A stretch of DNA of 61,798 nt, filler included. It is 4 parts of 4 records of this genome, joined end to end, with 100 filler letters (N's around TTAATTAATTAA, not from the genome) between each part and the next. Parts side by side here need not be neighbours in the genome. Positions count along the whole stretch, not along the records: positions 21,921 to 47,694 come from SRR20825006_2961; positions 47,795 to 55,596 come from SRR20825006_2971; 2 more parts are not named here. One strand, given 5' to 3'. A model generated the notes under the pieces. The model saw nothing but the letters and a program-made list of their open reading frames with translations. It was not told the DNA's origin and searched no databases. Shown here one piece after another: positions 38,391 to 48,322 of the stretch. The translations under genes and the position numbers were made by a program. Numbering within the stretch: the stretch's first letter is position 1; every line of letters starts with the position of its first letter.

Positions 38391-39999
38391 AAAGCAGGTT
38401 TTGATTCCCGTTTTGGCGGTTGTGGTCTTGGTAGGGGCCAGTAGCTTTAAAAGCGACTTTTTTGAAATCGCCAAACAGATAGAAATTTTTACCACCCTCT
38501 TCAAGGAGCTCAACATGAACTATGTGGACGAGACCAATCCCGCAGAATTGATGGATTCCGCCATAAAAAACATGTTGGGAGAGCTAGATCCCTATACGCA
38601 GTTTTTGAATGAGCAGGATGTAGAATCCTTTAAAATCAACAACGCTGGGGAATACTCAGGTATAGGTGCCCTTGTCCGCTCATATGAAAATAAATTGTTG
38701 GTCGTAGAACCGTATCAAGGGTATGCAGCCGACAAAGCTGGATTAAGGGCCGGGGACGAGATTATTAAAATTGGGGAGACTGTGGTCGCTGATTTCGACG
38801 ATAACGCCGGAGAGCTGCTCAAAGGGGCCAACAACTCTACTGTTGAGGTTACTTTTTTGCGACAGGGAGAAACCAAAACCACCACCATCACCAGAGGTGG
38901 CGTGGAGGTAGATGCCGTTCCGTTTTATGATATGATCGATGATAAAACCGGATATATTGTTTTATCCCGTTTTAACCAAAAAGCATCCAAGCAAACACAA
39001 TCTGCTTTACAGGACCTTAAGGGACGTGGTGCCGAGAGGTTGATCCTTGATCTTAGGGGAAATCCGGGCGGGCTATTGTCCGAGGCCATCAACGTTACAA
39101 ATCTATTTGTTCCGAAAGGAGAACTTATCGTTACGACAAAATCCAAGGTCAAAAAATTCAATCAGGAATACAGGACCCGGAACAAGCCGGAAGATGAAGA
39201 AATCCCGTTGGTGGTACTCGTCAACGGAAAAAGTGCTTCGGCGAGTGAGATTGTTTCGGGCGGACTACAAGATTTGGATCGGGCGGTAATTATAGGTGCA
39301 AGGAGTTTTGGCAAAGGGTTGGTACAACGCCCGCTCAAACTAACTTATGGTACGCAATTAAAGGTAACCATTTCCAGATATTACACCCCTTCGGGCAGAT
39401 GTATACAATCCTTGGATTATTGGAACAGGGATGAGCAAGGAAATGCCGTTCGCAATACAACGTTCAATGAATTCACCACCAGAAACGGAAGAAAGGTCTG
39501 GGATGGCGGGGGCGTAATGCCCGATATCACCATCGAATCCTTAAAAACAAATTCGTTGATCGACGCTTTGGAATCCAACAATATCGTTTTTGATTTTGCC
39601 ACAGAATATTTTTACGATCACAGTTTTGATTCTGTGGACAACTTTAGCTTTTCAAGCTCGGATTATAGTGCTTTCAAGGCCTATGCCGCAGAACAGAACT
39701 TCTCTTACCAGACAAAAACCGAACAAGTCTTGGAAGAAACCATCAATGGAGACGACACCTTATTGGGTGCCGATGTACAGGAAAAGTACAAGGACCTTCT
39801 CCTAGCGATAAATAGGGGAAAGATAAATGCATTGGATACCTATAAAGATGAAATCCAAAAGAATTTGGAGGATGAAATCATTACCAGGTATTTTTACAGG
39901 GAAGGTCTTTACAGGTATTATCTAAAACACGATGATGCAATTCTAACCGCAAAAGAACTATTGGCAGACAACACTAAATATTCCAATATTTTAAAGTAA
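38374..39999 (+). CDS. S41 C-terminal processing peptidase
   Basis: LDPYT, PDZ GIGA, DLRGNPGGLL, SASASEIVSG, FGKGLVQ. Confidence 0.94.
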   Translation: MKRLIRKQVLIPVLAVVVLVGASSFKSDFFEIAKQIEIFTTLFKELNMNYVDETNPAELMDSAIKNMLGELDPYTQFLNEQDVESFKINNAGEYSGIGALVRSYENKLLVVEPYQGYAADKAGLRAGDEIIKIGETVVADFDDNAGELLKGANNSTVEVTFLRQGETKTTTITRGGVEVDAVPFYDMIDDKTGYIVLSRFNQKASKQTQSALQDLKGRGAERLILDLRGNPGGLLSEAINVTNLFVPKGELIVTTKSKVKKFNQEYRTRNKPEDEEIPLVVLVNGKSASASEIVSGGLQDLDRAVIIGARSFGKGLVQRPLKLTYGTQLKVTISRYYTPSGRCIQSLDYWNRDEQGNAVRNTTFNEFTTRNGRKVWDGGGVMPDITIESLKTNSLIDALESNNIVFDFATEYFYDHSFDSVDNFSFSSSDYSAFKAYAAEQNFSYQTKTEQVLEETINGDDTLLGADVQEKYKDLLLAINRGKINALDTYKDEIQKNLEDEIITRYFYREGLYRYYLKHDDAILTAKELLADNTKYSNILK

Positions 40000-40266
40000 A
40001 AAGTGCCTTTTACCAAATATCCTTATCAAGGCCAAAATATCGTTCCCAAAAAACAGCTCCATTGTCCCATGATCTCCGTGAAAACAACTCTTGAGGCGTT
40101 GCCCCGGGGTTTTCAATTTGCATAGGCCTTAAAGGGGTTGTCTTTTAATGCCTTCCTTTACCCATAATTTTGGTGTGGGAACGTTCGAAATTCGGGGTCA
40201 AGGCCCATTTCCACAAATTTGTACGGCAATCCCTCACAAAAAAGGGAATTAATTCTATTTTTGGGC

Positions 40267-41514
40267 ATGCAACAACTTAAGGTCTGTGAACTTTTTGCGG
40301 GTGTTGGCGGCTTTCGCCTAGGATTGGAAAACACGGAACACTACAAAGTGGTGTGGAGCAACCAATGGGAGCCTTCCACAAAAATGCAGCACGCTTCTTT
40401 GGTCTATGAAGCACGTTTTGGGGCGGAAAGCCATTCCAATTCCAATATTGAAACCGTCAAAACCAAAGAAATTCCCGACCATGATGTTCTTGTTGGTGGA
40501 TTTCCGTGTCAAGACTACTCTGTTGCAACTTCCCTCAAGAATTCCAAGGGTCTTATTGGTAAAAAAGGGGTGCTTTGGTGGTCCATTCACCGAATTTTGT
40601 CCGAGAAAAAAAATAAGCCGAAATATCTTTTTTTGGAAAATGTGGACCGGCTTTTAAAATCGCCCTCTAGCCAAAGAGGAAGGGATTTTTCTGTTATGCT
40701 CCGTAGTTTATCAGATTTGGGCTATGCTGTGGAATGGCGCGTGATAAATGCAGCAGAGTATGGAATGCCCCAGCGCCGAAGGCGCGTTTTTTTTCTGGCA
40801 TATTTTAAGGATACGGAAATTTACAAAAAGCTTCAGAAAAACAATCCCTCCAAGTGGATTTTAAAGGAAAGCACTTTTTGTGACGCTTTTCCTGTTGACC
40901 GATCGGCAAAAAATCTGGTTGAATTTGATCTGGAAGAGGATTTGGTAGTGTTGTCCAATAATTTCAATAAGGAACAAGGCCTCTCGCCATTCCTGAACAC
41001 AGGAGTTTGTATAAACGGAAAAGTATCTACTCTAAAAACTACGCCATCCTATGATGGAAAAAGGACCGTACTCTCCGATATTTTGAAAAAAGGTCCTGTT
41101 CCTTCCGAATATTACCTTGATGGCGCCGATTTGCCCAAATGGGAATATTTAAAGGGCGCAAAAAAAGAAATACGCAAGACCAGCGCTGGTTTTGAATACA
41201 ATTATAGCGAGGGCAGCATGGTTTTCCCCGATGCCCTTGATCAACCTTCCAGAACTATTATAACCGGTGAAGGCGGCAAGTCCCCGTCCCGGTTTAAGCA
41301 CGTGGTCCAAACTTCCAAGGGACTGCGAAGACTCTTACCTGTTGAATTGGAACGGTTGAACATGTTTCCAGATGATCATACCAAATTGGAGGGCATTTCG
41401 GATGCCAAGCGTGCTTTTTTTATGGGCAACGCTCTGGTTGTGGGCATTGTGGAAAAATTAGGTGTTTCCCTGTTCCGGAAAATAACCGAACTTGAAAAGC
41501 AACTTCAAAGCTGA
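40267..41514 (+). CDS. dcm: DNA (cytosine-5) methyltransferase, M.Sau3AI-like, orphan
   Basis: ELFAGVGGFRLG, GGFPCQDYSVA, ENVDRLLKSPSSQRGRDF, QRRRRVF, GNALV. Confidence 0.93.
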   Translation: MQQLKVCELFAGVGGFRLGLENTEHYKVVWSNQWEPSTKMQHASLVYEARFGAESHSNSNIETVKTKEIPDHDVLVGGFPCQDYSVATSLKNSKGLIGKKGVLWWSIHRILSEKKNKPKYLFLENVDRLLKSPSSQRGRDFSVMLRSLSDLGYAVEWRVINAAEYGMPQRRRRVFFLAYFKDTEIYKKLQKNNPSKWILKESTFCDAFPVDRSAKNLVEFDLEEDLVVLSNNFNKEQGLSPFLNTGVCINGKVSTLKTTPSYDGKRTVLSDILKKGPVPSEYYLDGADLPKWEYLKGAKKEIRKTSAGFEYNYSEGSMVFPDALDQPSRTIITGEGGKSPSRFKHVVQTSKGLRRLLPVELERLNMFPDDHTKLEGISDAKRAFFMGNALVVGIVEKLGVSLFRKITELEKQLQS

Positions 41515-41629
41515 AAAACCTGTGAATCTTATTCTAAAATTGGATTTTTTGGAGCAGATTGGCGAGGCGTTTAATCAATTGATGTTGTCATTCTTTCTTT
41601 CTGTGTACTTATTAATCTTTTGATGAATA

Positions 41630-41656
41630 ACACCCCTATGGTCCCCTCAAGGGGAC
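41630..41656 (+). repeat. 27-bp palindromic repeat, copy 2 (intergenic)
   Basis: ACACCCCTATGGTCCCCTCAAGGGGAC, just downstream of the ElaA-like gene stop. Confidence 0.85.
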
Positions 41657-41661
41657 CATTA

Positions 41662-42102
41662 TTAGCCCTTTAGCATTCTTTTGTGGGGAATGCCATCTTC
41701 CAAATATTCTTCTCCAGTGGCATTAAAACCTAATTCCTTATAAAATTTTAAGAGATAGGATTGTGCGGATATTTCTATGGATTTATCGGGAAACCTTTGG
41801 TTTATAGCTGCTAATGAGGCTTGCATAATCTGTTTGCCCAATCCATATTTTCGTTGTTCTTGGCTTACCACTACCCTGCCAATACTTACGTTGTCAAAAT
41901 AATCACCTGGTTTAAAAATCCGGGTATAGGCAACAACCTCGTTATCTTTAATTCCCATGACATGGAGCGCTTTTTGGTCCTTGTTGTCCACATCTTGGTA
42001 TACACAATCTTGTTCCACTACAAAAACCTCGCTACGCAGTCGTAGAATTTGGTAAAGTTCTTTGGTAGAAAGCTCATCAAAAGTTTTAACGGAAACTTGC
42101 AT
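41662..42102 (-). CDS. elaA: ElaA-like GNAT acetyltransferase
   Basis: LRSEVFVVEQDCVYQD, SIGRVV, ISAQSYL..FY, YLEDGIPH. Confidence 0.92.
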   Translation of the reverse strand: MQVSVKTFDELSTKELYQILRLRSEVFVVEQDCVYQDVDNKDQKALHVMGIKDNEVVAYTRIFKPGDYFDNVSIGRVVVSQEQRKYGLGKQIMQASLAAINQRFPDKSIEISAQSYLLKFYKELGFNATGEEYLEDGIPHKRMLKG

Positions 42103-43019
42103 TAATCTTGGACTATTACGCTTTTGGAATCACACTTATCAAACTCGGGCTGTATATTGACATGGTTTATGCCATGTTTATGGTAGACATGTTCCTCAAT
42201 TTTTTCAAGGATCTCATCAAACTCGGAAAGGCGGATATCATTTTTAAAATCGATATGGGCCTCCATGTGAACTTCATCTTCATTGAGCTGCCATATATGC
42301 ACATGGTGCACATTTTTCACCGGTTCTATGGTACAGATGGATTCCACAATGTCTTGGATTACCACTGATTTTGGGGTGAAAAGCATTAATACCTTGGTGG
42401 AATCCTTCAATAGGTCATATCCCATATAGATCAAATAGACACCTATGATCATGGTAAGGATGGCATCAACCCAATAGATTTGGAAATATTTCATCAAAAT
42501 ACCTCCTATCAATACGGCCACCGATGCCATCATATCGGTAAGTAGGTGCAAATAAGCGGATTTCATGTTCATATTGTCCTCCGAATCCTTTTTTAGGAGC
42601 AATACGCTAAAACCATTGCCCGCAATGGCTATCAAAGCGAGCCAAATTACCAAGTTGGATTCTATTTCTTGTGGTTCCATCAACCGTTCAACAGCTTCCT
42701 TCATTAAAATTATGGCCACGACCACCAAGGTCGCTGCATTGATAAACGCAGCCAAAATTTCCGCACGCTTATACCCAAATGTTTTAAGATTGGATGCCTT
42801 TTTCTTTCCCAACCGCCTTGCAACATAACTTATAATCAAGCTAAGTACATCACTAAAATTATGGAGTGCGTCGGATAACAGTGCCAAACTTCCTGAAAGT
42901 AGTCCCCCAACAACCTGCGCCAAGGTTATACCTATGTTCAGAAAAATAGAAATAAGGAGATTTCTTCCCTTTAGATCGGGATGTGCATGCGAATGTGAAT
43001 GTCCGTGATGATGACCCAT
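42102..43019 (-). CDS. czcD: Cation diffusion facilitator (CzcD-like)
   Basis: His-rich N-terminus, SLALLSDALHN, TFGYKRAE, SAYLHLLTD, HHVHIW. Confidence 0.93.
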   Translation of the reverse strand: MGHHHGHSHSHAHPDLKGRNLLISIFLNIGITLAQVVGGLLSGSLALLSDALHNFSDVLSLIISYVARRLGKKKASNLKTFGYKRAEILAAFINAATLVVVAIILMKEAVERLMEPQEIESNLVIWLALIAIAGNGFSVLLLKKDSEDNMNMKSAYLHLLTDMMASVAVLIGGILMKYFQIYWVDAILTMIIGVYLIYMGYDLLKDSTKVLMLFTPKSVVIQDIVESICTIEPVKNVHHVHIWQLNEDEVHMEAHIDFKNDIRLSEFDEILEKIEEHVYHKHGINHVNIQPEFDKCDSKSVIVQD

Positions 43020-43024
43020 AGAAC

Positions 43025-43456
43025 TTAACTACAAGGAATTTTTTCGATTCTACGTTCGTGCCTGCCCCCTTGAAACTCTGTTTTCAAAAACGTTTCCACC
43101 ATATCCAATGCCTGCGGAAGTGCTATAAAACGTGCGGGCAGGCTCAAAATATTGGCATCGTTGTGCTCCCTGGCCAATTCGGTGATCTCCTTGTTCCAAC
43201 ACAGGGCGCCCCTAACACCTTGGTGTTTATTTATGGTCATCGTGGCCCCGTTACCGCTACCGCATATAACAATGCCAAAATCTACCTTCCCTTCTTCCAC
43301 ATCCTTTGCTACGGGATGGGTAAAATCCGGATAGTCAACACTATCGGTTCCATCGGTTCCGTAGTTGACAACTTCTATTCCTTTAGATTTCAACAGACCG
43401 ATAATGGCAAGTTTGTAATCGGTTCCCGCGTGGTCGTTTCCTATGGCAATTTTCAT
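43025..43456 (-). CDS. rpiB: Ribose-5-phosphate isomerase B
   Basis: IAIGNDHAG, SVDYPDF, ICGSGNG, HNDAN, FQGGRH. Confidence 0.97.
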   Translation of the reverse strand: MKIAIGNDHAGTDYKLAIIGLLKSKGIEVVNYGTDGTDSVDYPDFTHPVAKDVEEGKVDFGIVICGSGNGATMTINKHQGVRGALCWNKEITELAREHNDANILSLPARFIALPQALDMVETFLKTEFQGGRHERRIEKIPCS

Positions 43457-43499
43457 GGTTATAGTATTAAAATGGGTACATCGCAAAGGTACAACATCT

Positions 43500-43970
43500 T
43501 TTCATGTTCCGTTGTTTATAAAAATGATGGGATTTTTGCATTGGGTTAAAAAACAATCAATTAACAGTAACATCATTTTGTTAATTATTTACATAAAACT
43601 TCTGGTAACGAAATTTTGTAATTCAAGAAAATCGATCAGTAGGAATAATTATTTAATGTTGCGTTGATATTCGATTAAAAATTAATCAACCAATATCAAG
43701 AACTTTTTTACGGTAATTAACATTAAAAACACATTAACTTTTCAATAAATTGATGTTGATAACGGTTATTAAAAACTGTGTACAAAAAATCTAATCGTTT
43801 GATTTTTAAATTTCTTGTGGTCTTACAAATTGTGAACAAACTATTTTGATCGTTCAAAGCAACTTTTTTGAAAGAATTTTATTCCACATTTCAACGATCC
43901 ATCATAACCATCATTTTAATTAAATTTTAAAAAGAAGAAAAAATATAATATTGATTATTGTTGATAAAGT
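43500..43970. other. Probable chromosomal replication origin (oriC)
   Basis: About 590-bp very AT-rich gap with DnaA-box-like TGTTGATAA (43754, 43959), TGTGTACAA (43777), TGTGAACAA (43831), TTATTCCACA (43879), then ATC/ATA/ACC triplets and an AT tract. Confidence 0.65.
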
Positions 43971-44050
43971 TGACTTTGTTTGAGATTACTCTTCCTTTCC
44001 TTGTTGGTCAAGGATTATAATTCGTATTTTTCAAAAAAATAAGGACGTTA

Positions 44051-46234
44051 ATGTCAAAGAAAAAGAAGAGAGCTGGTAGTCAGCGAAAGAATGAAATTAC
44101 GAAGGGCATTTTCACCGTACTGGAAAAGGAACCATCTAAGAGCTTCAATTATAAGCAAATAGCATCAAAACTCGGAATAGAGGATACACAAGACCGAAAC
44201 CTTTTGATCAAACGTTTGGGACAGTTAAAGGCGAGTGAACGTATTTTGGAGCCCGAACGGGGCAAGTATCAAAAGAAGCGATCACTTCATACGTATTATA
44301 CGGGTAGGGTGGATTTGACCACAAGTGGCAACGCCTATATCATTGTGGATGAACTGGAAGACGACATCTTTGTACAGAACAATAATTTGAACAGGGCCTT
44401 TCATGGGGATACGGTCGAGGTTTTTATCAAACCAAGACGTAAGAGCAAAAAAATGGAAGGTGAAATTTCCAAGGTACTCGAGCGCAAGAAGACCTCTTAT
44501 GTAGGTATTGTGGACAAGCAGAAAAGTTTTGCTTTTGTTCGTCCTACCGATTCCAGGATGTATACCGATATTTTTGTCCCACCGGAAAAATTGAAAAAGG
44601 CGAACGATGGCGACAAGGTATTGGTCAATATGGGTGATTGGCCGGATGATACCGATTCTCCATACGGGGAAATTGTGGAAGTACTGGGACGCCCCGGGGA
44701 ACACAACACCGAGATACATTCCATTTTGGCCGAATACGGTTTACCGCATGAGTTTCCTTATGAGGTAGAACAGTTTGCCAAAACATTGGATACCAGTATA
44801 AAGGAATCGGAAATTGCCAAGCGAAGGGATATGCGCGATGTGCTTACCTTTACCATAGATCCAAAGGATGCCAAGGATTTTGACGATGCCCTTTCCTTCC
44901 AGAAATTGGAGAATGGCAATTATGAAATAGGAATCCATATAGCCGATGTATCACACTATGTTCAGCCGGATACCATTTTGGAGGACGAAGCCTACGATAG
45001 GGCCACATCGGTATATTTGGTGGACCGTGTGGTTCCCATGTTACCGGAGGTACTGTCCAACATGGCCTGTTCCCTTCGACCCAACGAGGAGAAGTATACC
45101 TTCTCTGCGGTTTTCGAAATGGACGACAATGCCAAATTGGTCAATCAATGGTTTGGCAGGACCGCCATTAATTCGAACGAACGTTTTGCCTACGAAGAGG
45201 CTCAGCACATTATTGAAACCGAGCAAAACAAGATTCCAAAAGAGATATCCATTCGCGAAAACGCTTATTCGGTATCTGATGATGTTGTGGATGCCGTTCT
45301 CACTTTTGATCGGTTGGCAAAGATCATGAGGCAGGCCCGAATGGACGCCGGAGCCATTTCTTTTGATAAGATAGAGGTCAAGTTCCATTTGTCCGAAGAC
45401 AATGAGCCTGTCGGTGTTTTCTTTAAAGAAGCAAAGGACGCCAACAAATTGATCGAGGAATTTATGCTCCTGGCCAATAGAAAGGTTGCCGAGTTTATAG
45501 GAAAACAGAAAAAAACGTTTGTGTACCGGGTGCACGACAAGCCGGACGAGGACAAATTAATGGCCCTCAACGGTGTTATTTCCAGATTCGGACACAGTAT
45601 AAACCTAAAGGACAGTAAGACCATTAACCAGTCCCTAAACAAGTTGTTGGAGGACGTAAAGGGCAAGAAAGAACAAAACTTGGTGGATACCTTGGCCATC
45701 CGTAGTATGAGCAAGGCCATTTATACCACGGAAAATATTGGGCACTACGGACTGGGATTTGACTACTATACCCATTTTACTTCACCCATACGGCGTTATC
45801 CGGATGTAATGGTCCACCGCTTGCTACAACATTATCTGGATAAGGAAAAAGCACCAAAAGCCACCGTATACGAAGAAAAGTGCAAGCATTCCTCCGATAT
45901 GGAACTATTGGCGGCCAATGCGGAGCGGGATTCCATCAAGTACATGCAGATCAAGTTTATGGAGGACCACAAGGACCAGGAATTCCTTGGTGTGATTTCC
46001 GGCGTTACCGAGTGGGGCATATATGTAGAGATTGTTGAGAACAAATGTGAGGGCATGGTACGTATCCGCGATATTAAAGATGATTACTATATTTTTGATG
46101 AACGCCAGTATGCCATAGTGGGAGAGCGAACCAAACGGATGTATCAGTTGGGAGACGAGGTTTACGTAATGGTGAAAAACACTGATTTGGTAAAAAGGCA
46201 TCTCGACTTTTCGTTGATCGGTAAAAAGAAATAA
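44051..46234 (+). CDS. rnr: Ribonuclease R
   Basis: FTIDPKDAKDFDDA, HIADVS, RATSVYL, IEEFMLLAN, HFTSPIRRYPD, C-terminal S1. Confidence 0.97.
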   Translation: MSKKKKRAGSQRKNEITKGIFTVLEKEPSKSFNYKQIASKLGIEDTQDRNLLIKRLGQLKASERILEPERGKYQKKRSLHTYYTGRVDLTTSGNAYIIVDELEDDIFVQNNNLNRAFHGDTVEVFIKPRRKSKKMEGEISKVLERKKTSYVGIVDKQKSFAFVRPTDSRMYTDIFVPPEKLKKANDGDKVLVNMGDWPDDTDSPYGEIVEVLGRPGEHNTEIHSILAEYGLPHEFPYEVEQFAKTLDTSIKESEIAKRRDMRDVLTFTIDPKDAKDFDDALSFQKLENGNYEIGIHIADVSHYVQPDTILEDEAYDRATSVYLVDRVVPMLPEVLSNMACSLRPNEEKYTFSAVFEMDDNAKLVNQWFGRTAINSNERFAYEEAQHIIETEQNKIPKEISIRENAYSVSDDVVDAVLTFDRLAKIMRQARMDAGAISFDKIEVKFHLSEDNEPVGVFFKEAKDANKLIEEFMLLANRKVAEFIGKQKKTFVYRVHDKPDEDKLMALNGVISRFGHSINLKDSKTINQSLNKLLEDVKGKKEQNLVDTLAIRSMSKAIYTTENIGHYGLGFDYYTHFTSPIRRYPDVMVHRLLQHYLDKEKAPKATVYEEKCKHSSDMELLAANAERDSIKYMQIKFMEDHKDQEFLGVISGVTEWGIYVEIVENKCEGMVRIRDIKDDYYIFDERQYAIVGERTKRMYQLGDEVYVMVKNTDLVKRHLDFSLIGKKK

Positions 46235-46286
46235 TACTATTTTGGAATAAAGTTTGTTATCCTATTGAGAACCAAATTTTTATAAC

Positions 46287-46967
46287 ATGAGAATTATTAC
46301 GATTGTTATTTTGTTCCTATCCCTTCAATATATTGAGGCCCAGGATGCTACCATAACCCAAAACCTACAAAAGTTTACCGAAGTAAAGGGTTTTGATGGT
46401 ATTTCCATCAACTTGATACGATCAAATGAAAACAAAGCGGTGATTACTGGTGCAAATACCACCAATGTGGCCATTGTCAATAATGAAGGTATTTTGAAAA
46501 TCCGAATGGAAATCGTTAAAATATTCAGTGGATATAGAACCTATGTAGATCTTTATCACTCTGAAGAATTAGTGGTTATAGATGTAAACGAGGATGCAAG
46601 AATTTCTTCCGATGATACCTATGTGCAAAAAGTCTTGGAACTTAAGGCACAGGAGGGCGGGGAGCTGGAAATCAATTGTGAGGTAGACCAGCTGTTGATA
46701 AAAGCGGTTTCCGGCGGTAAAATTTTTGCTGGGGGCTTTTCCAATAACCAAGATGTGATCATCAATACCGGTGGTGAATACAGCGGAAGAAACTTTAAAA
46801 CAAAGTTTACCACCATTAACGTCAATGCAGGTGGCAATGCCGAAATTTATGCATCGGACTACGTAAAGGCCAATGTAAAGGCCGGTGGCGAAGTACTGGT
46901 ATATGGTGATCCGAAGAAAATGGACGAGCAGACCCTTTTTGGTGGAAAAATAAAAAGAGTGAATTAA
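46287..46967 (+). CDS. DUF2807 / head GIN domain protein
   Basis: Signal peptide; repeated ..GG.. beta-helix pattern ending YGDPK. Confidence 0.8.
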   Translation: MRIITIVILFLSLQYIEAQDATITQNLQKFTEVKGFDGISINLIRSNENKAVITGANTTNVAIVNNEGILKIRMEIVKIFSGYRTYVDLYHSEELVVIDVNEDARISSDDTYVQKVLELKAQEGGELEINCEVDQLLIKAVSGGKIFAGGFSNNQDVIINTGGEYSGRNFKTKFTTINVNAGGNAEIYASDYVKANVKAGGEVLVYGDPKKMDEQTLFGGKIKRVN

Positions 46968-46969
46968 AA

Positions 46970-47632
46970 ATGATTGATGATATCCAAGCTGCGATCCCTT
47001 TGGGATTTCTATTGAGCTTTATGATCGGACCTGTTTTCTTTGTTTTGTTGGAAACGAGTGCCACAAAAGGTTTCAGGGCGGGAGTAAGTTTGGATATAGG
47101 GGTAATTTTGGCCGATATTGTTTTTTTGCTCATTGCCTATTTCAGCAGTTTTCAGTTATTGGAGAATTTGAGCAACGAACCTGGATTGTTTGTTTTTGGG
47201 GGGATGATCTTATTGGTCTACGGAATTTTTCTTTTTGTAAAGAAGGCCAAGAAAAAGACCAATGTCAGGGCATCTAAGGGTACTTATTTTGGACTGTTGG
47301 CAAAGGGATTTCTTTTGAATTTTATAAATATCGGCGTATTGGCATTTTGGTTGGGGCTTATTATCGTTGTCGGACCCAGTTTGGAGAACAATCCCAATAG
47401 AATGATGGTATTTTTCGGTACCGTGTTGGTAGTCTATTTTGCAACCGACCTGATTAAGATTATTTTGGCCAAACAGTTAAAAAAGTACTTGACCCAAGAA
47501 CGTATCGTTTTGATTAAAAAGGGATTGGGAATTGTATTGATCATTTGTGGTATCGTATTGATAAGCAAGGGTTTTTTACCGAGCGACAGGTTTGATCTAC
47601 AGGAACGTATTGAAAGAATAGAGGATTTATAA
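46970..47632 (+). CDS. LysE family translocator
   Basis: GPVFFVLLETS..KGFRAG, GFLLNFIN; multiple TMs. Confidence 0.88.
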   Translation: MIDDIQAAIPLGFLLSFMIGPVFFVLLETSATKGFRAGVSLDIGVILADIVFLLIAYFSSFQLLENLSNEPGLFVFGGMILLVYGIFLFVKKAKKKTNVRASKGTYFGLLAKGFLLNFINIGVLAFWLGLIIVVGPSLENNPNRMMVFFGTVLVVYFATDLIKIILAKQLKKYLTQERIVLIKKGLGIVLIICGIVLISKGFLPSDRFDLQERIERIEDL

Positions 47633-47635
47633 AAC

Positions 47636-47666
47636 AAAAAAACCCAGCACTTAGTACTGGGTTTTT
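47636..47666. terminator. Bidirectional terminator between lysE and the tRNA
   Basis: AAAAAAACCCAGCAC-TTA-GTACTGGGTTTTT. Confidence 0.85.
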
Positions 47667-47667
47667 G

Positions 47668-47694
47668 AGGCATCGAGCGGATTCGAACCGCTGT
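47668..47694 (-). tRNA. 3' half of a tRNA, probably tRNA-Cys (cut by contig end)
   Basis: Minus strand ACAGCGGTTCGAATCCGCTCGATGCCT: T-arm plus acceptor 3' strand ending GCC with U discriminator; anticodon not visible. Confidence 0.8.
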
Positions 47695-47794
47695 NNNNNN
47701 NNNNNNNNNNNNNNNNNNNNNNNNNNNNNNNNNNNNNNTTAATTAATTAANNNNNNNNNNNNNNNNNNNNNNNNNNNNNNNNNNNNNNNNNNNN
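47695..47794. other. Artificial contig linker
   Basis: N44-TTAATTAATTAA-N44. Confidence 0.99.
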
Positions 47795-47923
47795 GGACGA
47801 GCGAGAGCGAGGGCCGCGGGGGGCAACCGAGCGTGAAGCGTCAGAAGAACCTTGCTCGCGATCAGGCGATACTCTAAGTTTGGATCCGGTTACGATCAAC
47901 GAGAGCTTCACAAGGAGGTGATT

Positions 47924-48322
47924 ATGAACTCGCGACGCACGGATGCGGCGAGGCAAGGCGCTCGGCAAACCACAGAGAGCACGCCGCAAGGGCGGCAGCA
48001 AGGGGTGTTGAGGCCCCCGCCGCGCAAGAAGATGGACACGGTCAGCATTGAAATTCGCGGCAAGCGACTCTCGATCCGCACGGACCATGATCCGGAGTAC
48101 GTGCGTGAGCTCTCGCGCTACGTCGATGACAAGATCAAAGAGCTCCAGATGATGGCGCCATCCGCACCATTCGAGAAGCTCCTGATGCTCGCCAGCCTCA
48201 CGCTCGCCGAAGAACTCTTCGAGGCCCAGAGCGACCTGGTCGACATCAAGGACAACCTCAACGAGCGCACCGAAGCGATGCTCGCCCTGATCGAAGAAGA
48301 ATCCGCCAGACTCGGCGAGTGA
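47924..48322 (+). CDS. zapA: Cell division protein ZapA
   Basis: VSIEIRG..LSIR...DPEYV..L..YVDDKI, LASLTLAEELF coiled coil; AAGGAGGTG RBS. Confidence 0.9.
   Translation: MNSRRTDAARQGARQTTESTPQGRQQGVLRPPPRKKMDTVSIEIRGKRLSIRTDHDPEYVRELSRYVDDKIKELQMMAPSAPFEKLLMLASLTLAEELFEAQSDLVDIKDNLNERTEAMLALIEEESARLGE

Noticed and set aside
40000-40260. Possible endonuclease remnant upstream of dcm
   Set aside because: Hand translation gives only short, stop-interrupted frames with nothing recognisable
47795-47923. 3' end of a possible zapB-like gene upstream of zapA
   Set aside because: Too short at the contig edge; no frame can be assigned
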